Origin: Paraspadella gotoi
Taxonomy: Eukaryota > Animalia > Chaetognatha
Direction: 5' to 3'
NCBI GenBank assembly: GCA_051294375.1
Contig: CM119271.1
Location: forward strand, 6,883,632-6,947,631
DNA: 64,000 nucleotides
The notes under the pieces were generated by a model, which ran no database searches, was not told the DNA's origin, and was given only the letters and a program-made list of their open reading frames with translations. Positions 60,546 to 64,000 of this stretch are shown piece after piece. The position numbers and the translations under genes are program-made. The first letter of the stretch is position 1, and each line of letters starts with the position of its first letter.

Positions 60546-62938
60546 ATGACAAATCTTGAAATTATTGCCACCTTAGAGGAAGTGAGCGCCATCGTGGATG
60601 ACGTTGTGGATCGTCTTTCCGGAGATTCGGTCATAGTCCCGCTCCTAGGCTCGATAAAGGAAAAAATTATTTTTCTGACAAACTTGTTATCCTCCCTGAG
60701 TTCGAAAGTAGAAAATAAATTTGGGAGAGACGTCTCTCAAAACGGTAGCGGCTGCGACGACGTCGTAAAACCGAAATCAAGAGGTCGGTCGAGGAGAAAG
60801 AAAGGTAACGTAGATTACGAATGAAGCCTTATCGTTGTTGGGATTTCGTTGGTTCGATATTGTTGTTTAAATAATTTTAATTCATGTATTCAAACTATTC
60901 GTGTTTAACCCAGAATCCAAATCTGATTTACTATAATTTGAAACTAATCGGATTAAATCGTACTAGAATCGTCTTTGTTGTAATAAGACATACTTGTTTT
61001 AAAAATCCGTATTGTTTTTAAGTTTCCGCGGCGTCCGTACAACTGGTGGAGGGAAAGCGACAAAGAAAGAAGAGACGACTTGACGACTACTATTTAGAAT
61101 GGTCCCTGCCCACGAGTCCAGATCCGCCGGTTAAAAGTGTCGTCGAGCTTAGCAACCGCGACGCGGTATCGCTTCCCGACCCTGTAGCCGTCGCGGAGGA
61201 CTCTGTTCTGGACGCCTGTCTCGGGCACGGTGCGGACGACCGGGTCGTCTTCACCTGTGATCAGAACGAATGTGATTTACGTCTGGAGAGCGATTTGCTC
61301 GTCGACCAAGTCGCAGTCGTCGCCGCCGAGAAAGTCGACTTCTTCCGACGTTGCGCCGAACACCTTCGCGAGCGGCACGGGCGAATCGCTAGAAGCGTAT
61401 TTGTGCGATGCATCTACGACTCGTGCGAGTTTGTGGCGGGGGACAAGGCCGTTCTTAGAAATCATATCATTTCCGCGCACAAGCGAAGGAATTTTCGAGA
61501 GAAATGCGCCGATTGCAAAGTGGTTGTCTTGTCAAGGAGATTCGAAGAGGTGAGTGTTTAAAGAAAATATTAAATGGAAAATGGGGACATCTAAAGTTAC
61601 GCTTCTCGATTTTTTTTATAGCATCTTAAAAAATGCCCGAATTCGAATTTAAGTAGTAGAAGAAAAACTTTGTGTATCAAGTGTGGTAAAGAATTCAGCG
61701 GTCCTAACAACCTCAAGTGGCACGAAATGAAAATTCATGGAGCGCTAGTCGGTGATAAGTACGTTTTCTAATTTTAATTTTTTTAGGTACATGACTTTCC
61801 ATGACATATATCCGTTCTTTTCAATCATTATTAATGGGACACGCATTTCGAAATAGGACGAACATTTTGAAATGTGAATACGAACCCGAATGCGGTTTTT
61901 GGACGAATAATAAGAGCGAACACGCCAAGCACATGTACGGCAAACATAAAAAATTAATGGATGGGTTTACTCTGTTTAAGTGCTCAAAGGTAAAAACACC
62001 TCGATGCTCTATTTTTTTATTAAAAATATTTTTAATAATTAATCCTCACTTCTAGTGCGATTACAAGAGTGTGTCCCGATTCATTATCAGAAAGCACGAG
62101 TCGATTCACGAAACGGTTAAAGGAGATTATCTGTGTCAATGCGGAGCCATGTTAAAATCTGAAGCTTCGCTACGAATCCACATGAAGCAAATGCATTCAC
62201 GCAGTAAGGGTTAATTTGTTTGTTCTTGACCCACCAGAGAAACCTTCAATTCGTCTACTGGTAGGCGACCCAATATATTATAAATTCGAACCTTATTTCT
62301 CCACTAACAGGCGGCAAAAAACGCATTCCCTGCCTCCATTGCGGCCAAACCTTTTCGCGAGCTCAAACTGCCAAGGACCACGAAGTTCGAGAACACGCCC
62401 CGGGTGGAGGAAAAGGCAAGAAACCTTTTCGCTGTCCCTACTGCACCCACGAGTCCCATCTTTCTGGGAATTGTCTCAAAGTAAGTTGGAGCTTTTTTTT
62501 AACGATCCTTAAAATTCCTTATTAACTAATTAACTCGTTTTTGTCGCTTCTCAGCACGTGCGTCACATTCATCCGGGCAAGGAACTTTGTTACGTGGATT
62601 CGCGAAGCGGGGAACTATTGCTGAAAACAAAAGGCGGGCTTCTATTAAAACGAGTTTCGTCCATTGATCATACAACGATGGAAGGCGATGTCGAAGTCTT
62701 GCGGACAGGGGCCGACGTTGTGCCAGTTTGCGTCGATAATCTCCCTGAGGCGAGGGCGACTGACCAGGTTCAGCTCTCGACCAACCAAGAAGTGCCAACC
62801 GTAAATATCTCTGAAGAAAAAAGCGTGCCAAAATACGTTTACGCAGTCCCTGCATACCTGGAAAACAAAACTGTTGCCTATGTCATGGAAGCTCCTCCAG
62901 AGGCGCGTAACGTAGTGATCCTGGGCATCGGGCACTGA
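60546..62938 (+). CDS. Multi-exon C2H2 zinc-finger protein
   Basis: Series of C2H2 fingers across short exons (CDQNEC..HLRERH, CIYDSC..HIISAH, CIKC..HEMKIH, CEYEPEC..HMYGKH, CLHC, CPYC..HVRHIH). Stop at 62938. Confidence 0.75.
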
Positions 62939-63089
62939 TTCTTTCGATACAACATTTTCTATTTTTTCTTTTCAGCGCTTAAATTAAATACGATATTAAT
63001 TGTTTATTTTGCCCATTTTATACTGATTTTAATTCATCTACATTGACAATTTTGCTTTCAGAGCGTTTTTCTTAAATACGGTAGAAGTT

Positions 63090-63758
63090 ATGTCATTACA
63101 TCTACCGGATCAGAAGCCTTCCAGCCCTCTTTCCAGGGGTAAAGAGGCCAGTTTAACAGCTCAAATCAACAGAAAACAATCTTGGACACCGAAAGAGCAT
63201 TCACGGGGAAGCATTTGTCGTAAACGGGCTCGTAGCACGCCCCATCGAAACTATGATAACGCAGGAGAGTCCACCGACTCATTTCGTGCTAGAAAGTCTT
63301 CGCTGGATGTTCCAGATAGCTCCACCGATCCGGTTTTAATTCTTACGGAATTTTCTCCTAAAAGAAAATTTACCCGACCCAGTTCTGGTAGTAAGGTCAT
63401 TCGAAAAACTAATATATTGCGAGAATATCTATCTGAGAGTTCTCCGAGGTCGAGCAGCTATTCAGAAATGGGTGTAGTTGAAGTTAGCCATCAAATGAAT
63501 TCTAGATTCGATTCATCTCATAGAGACTTTTTGCGTTGGAATGGAGTGTCTGATACGAATTTTGGATCATATGACGTGTGGAGCTCATTACCCGAAGTTG
63601 GTTCTGACATAACATTGTTTAATTTCGAGCCGAAGAAATATTCTAAATTACTAAGTTTTTACGGCTTTGAAATAAAAAACAAATCTTATTTTGGAATATG
63701 TGAATGCCGTGTTAAATTGGTAGTAATCTATGATAATCTCATTAAATCTTTTTTTTAG
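63090..63758 (+). CDS. Uncharacterized Ser/Arg-rich protein, probably continuing beyond the window
   Basis: 222-aa ORF preceded by the acceptor tttgctttcag. A further acceptor-like tttctttag lies near 63978. No family recognised. Confidence 0.5.
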   Translation: MSLHLPDQKPSSPLSRGKEASLTAQINRKQSWTPKEHSRGSICRKRARSTPHRNYDNAGESTDSFRARKSSLDVPDSSTDPVLILTEFSPKRKFTRPSSGSKVIRKTNILREYLSESSPRSSSYSEMGVVEVSHQMNSRFDSSHRDFLRWNGVSDTNFGSYDVWSSLPEVGSDITLFNFEPKKYSKLLSFYGFEIKNKSYFGICECRVKLVVIYDNLIKSFF

Positions 63759-64000
63759 TTTTAGTTTTTTCCCACTATATGAAGTGTTCTTGCTAATAAT
63801 AATTTAAACATCAAGTCATAATCTAACTTAGTTGACTAGAGAGCTCAAAATAAAATGATTATAACTTATAAGTTTCGTGAAAATTTTTTGTCGCTTTCTT
63901 ATCACATACTTTAAAACTAACCTAATAATGTAATATCGCCTGTGGTCCTGTAGTAAAAAGTAATTTTGTTTCTTTAGGCGTAATTTTTCGAGTTTAGATG

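Overview
AT-rich, gene-dense eukaryotic nuclear DNA from an invertebrate animal, with GC-richer exons and many 55-100 nt GT-AG introns. About 20 housekeeping genes lie head-to-tail on the minus strand between 1 and 37155: CIR1, two ATP6 copies, TMEM35-like, WDR83OS/Asterix, an unknown gene, OTUD3, Vangl, ATP6V0B, PUS10, PAGR1, NOP53, COA1, NEURL2, COQ10, ARPC5, MPLKIP, a C2H2 protein, an LRR protein, PFDN4 and DNAJC2. A repeat-rich spacer follows, then a plus-strand run (G-alpha 12/13, ADO, HIRA, PSMG2, a C2H2 protein, an unknown gene). Many stop-to-start gaps are only about 80-240 nt and contain a splice acceptor just before the next ATG, which suggests SL trans-spliced operons. The standout is a tandem pair of intronless, standard-code, nuclear ATP synthase subunit a (ATP6) genes. 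Each has an added N-terminal mitochondrial-presequence-like leader, although ATP6 is mtDNA-encoded in almost all animals. A protostome-type ATP6 plus operon-like packing points to a chaetognath, but this is inference. Other signals: a structured GC-rich intronic element in NOP53, an inverted pair of minimal hammerhead motifs, two GC-AG introns, a tRNA-headed SINE family, several inverted-repeat transposons, a decayed Penelope element, and homopolymer frameshifts between 3.9 and 7.4 kb. All family calls come from recalled motifs; no searches were run.
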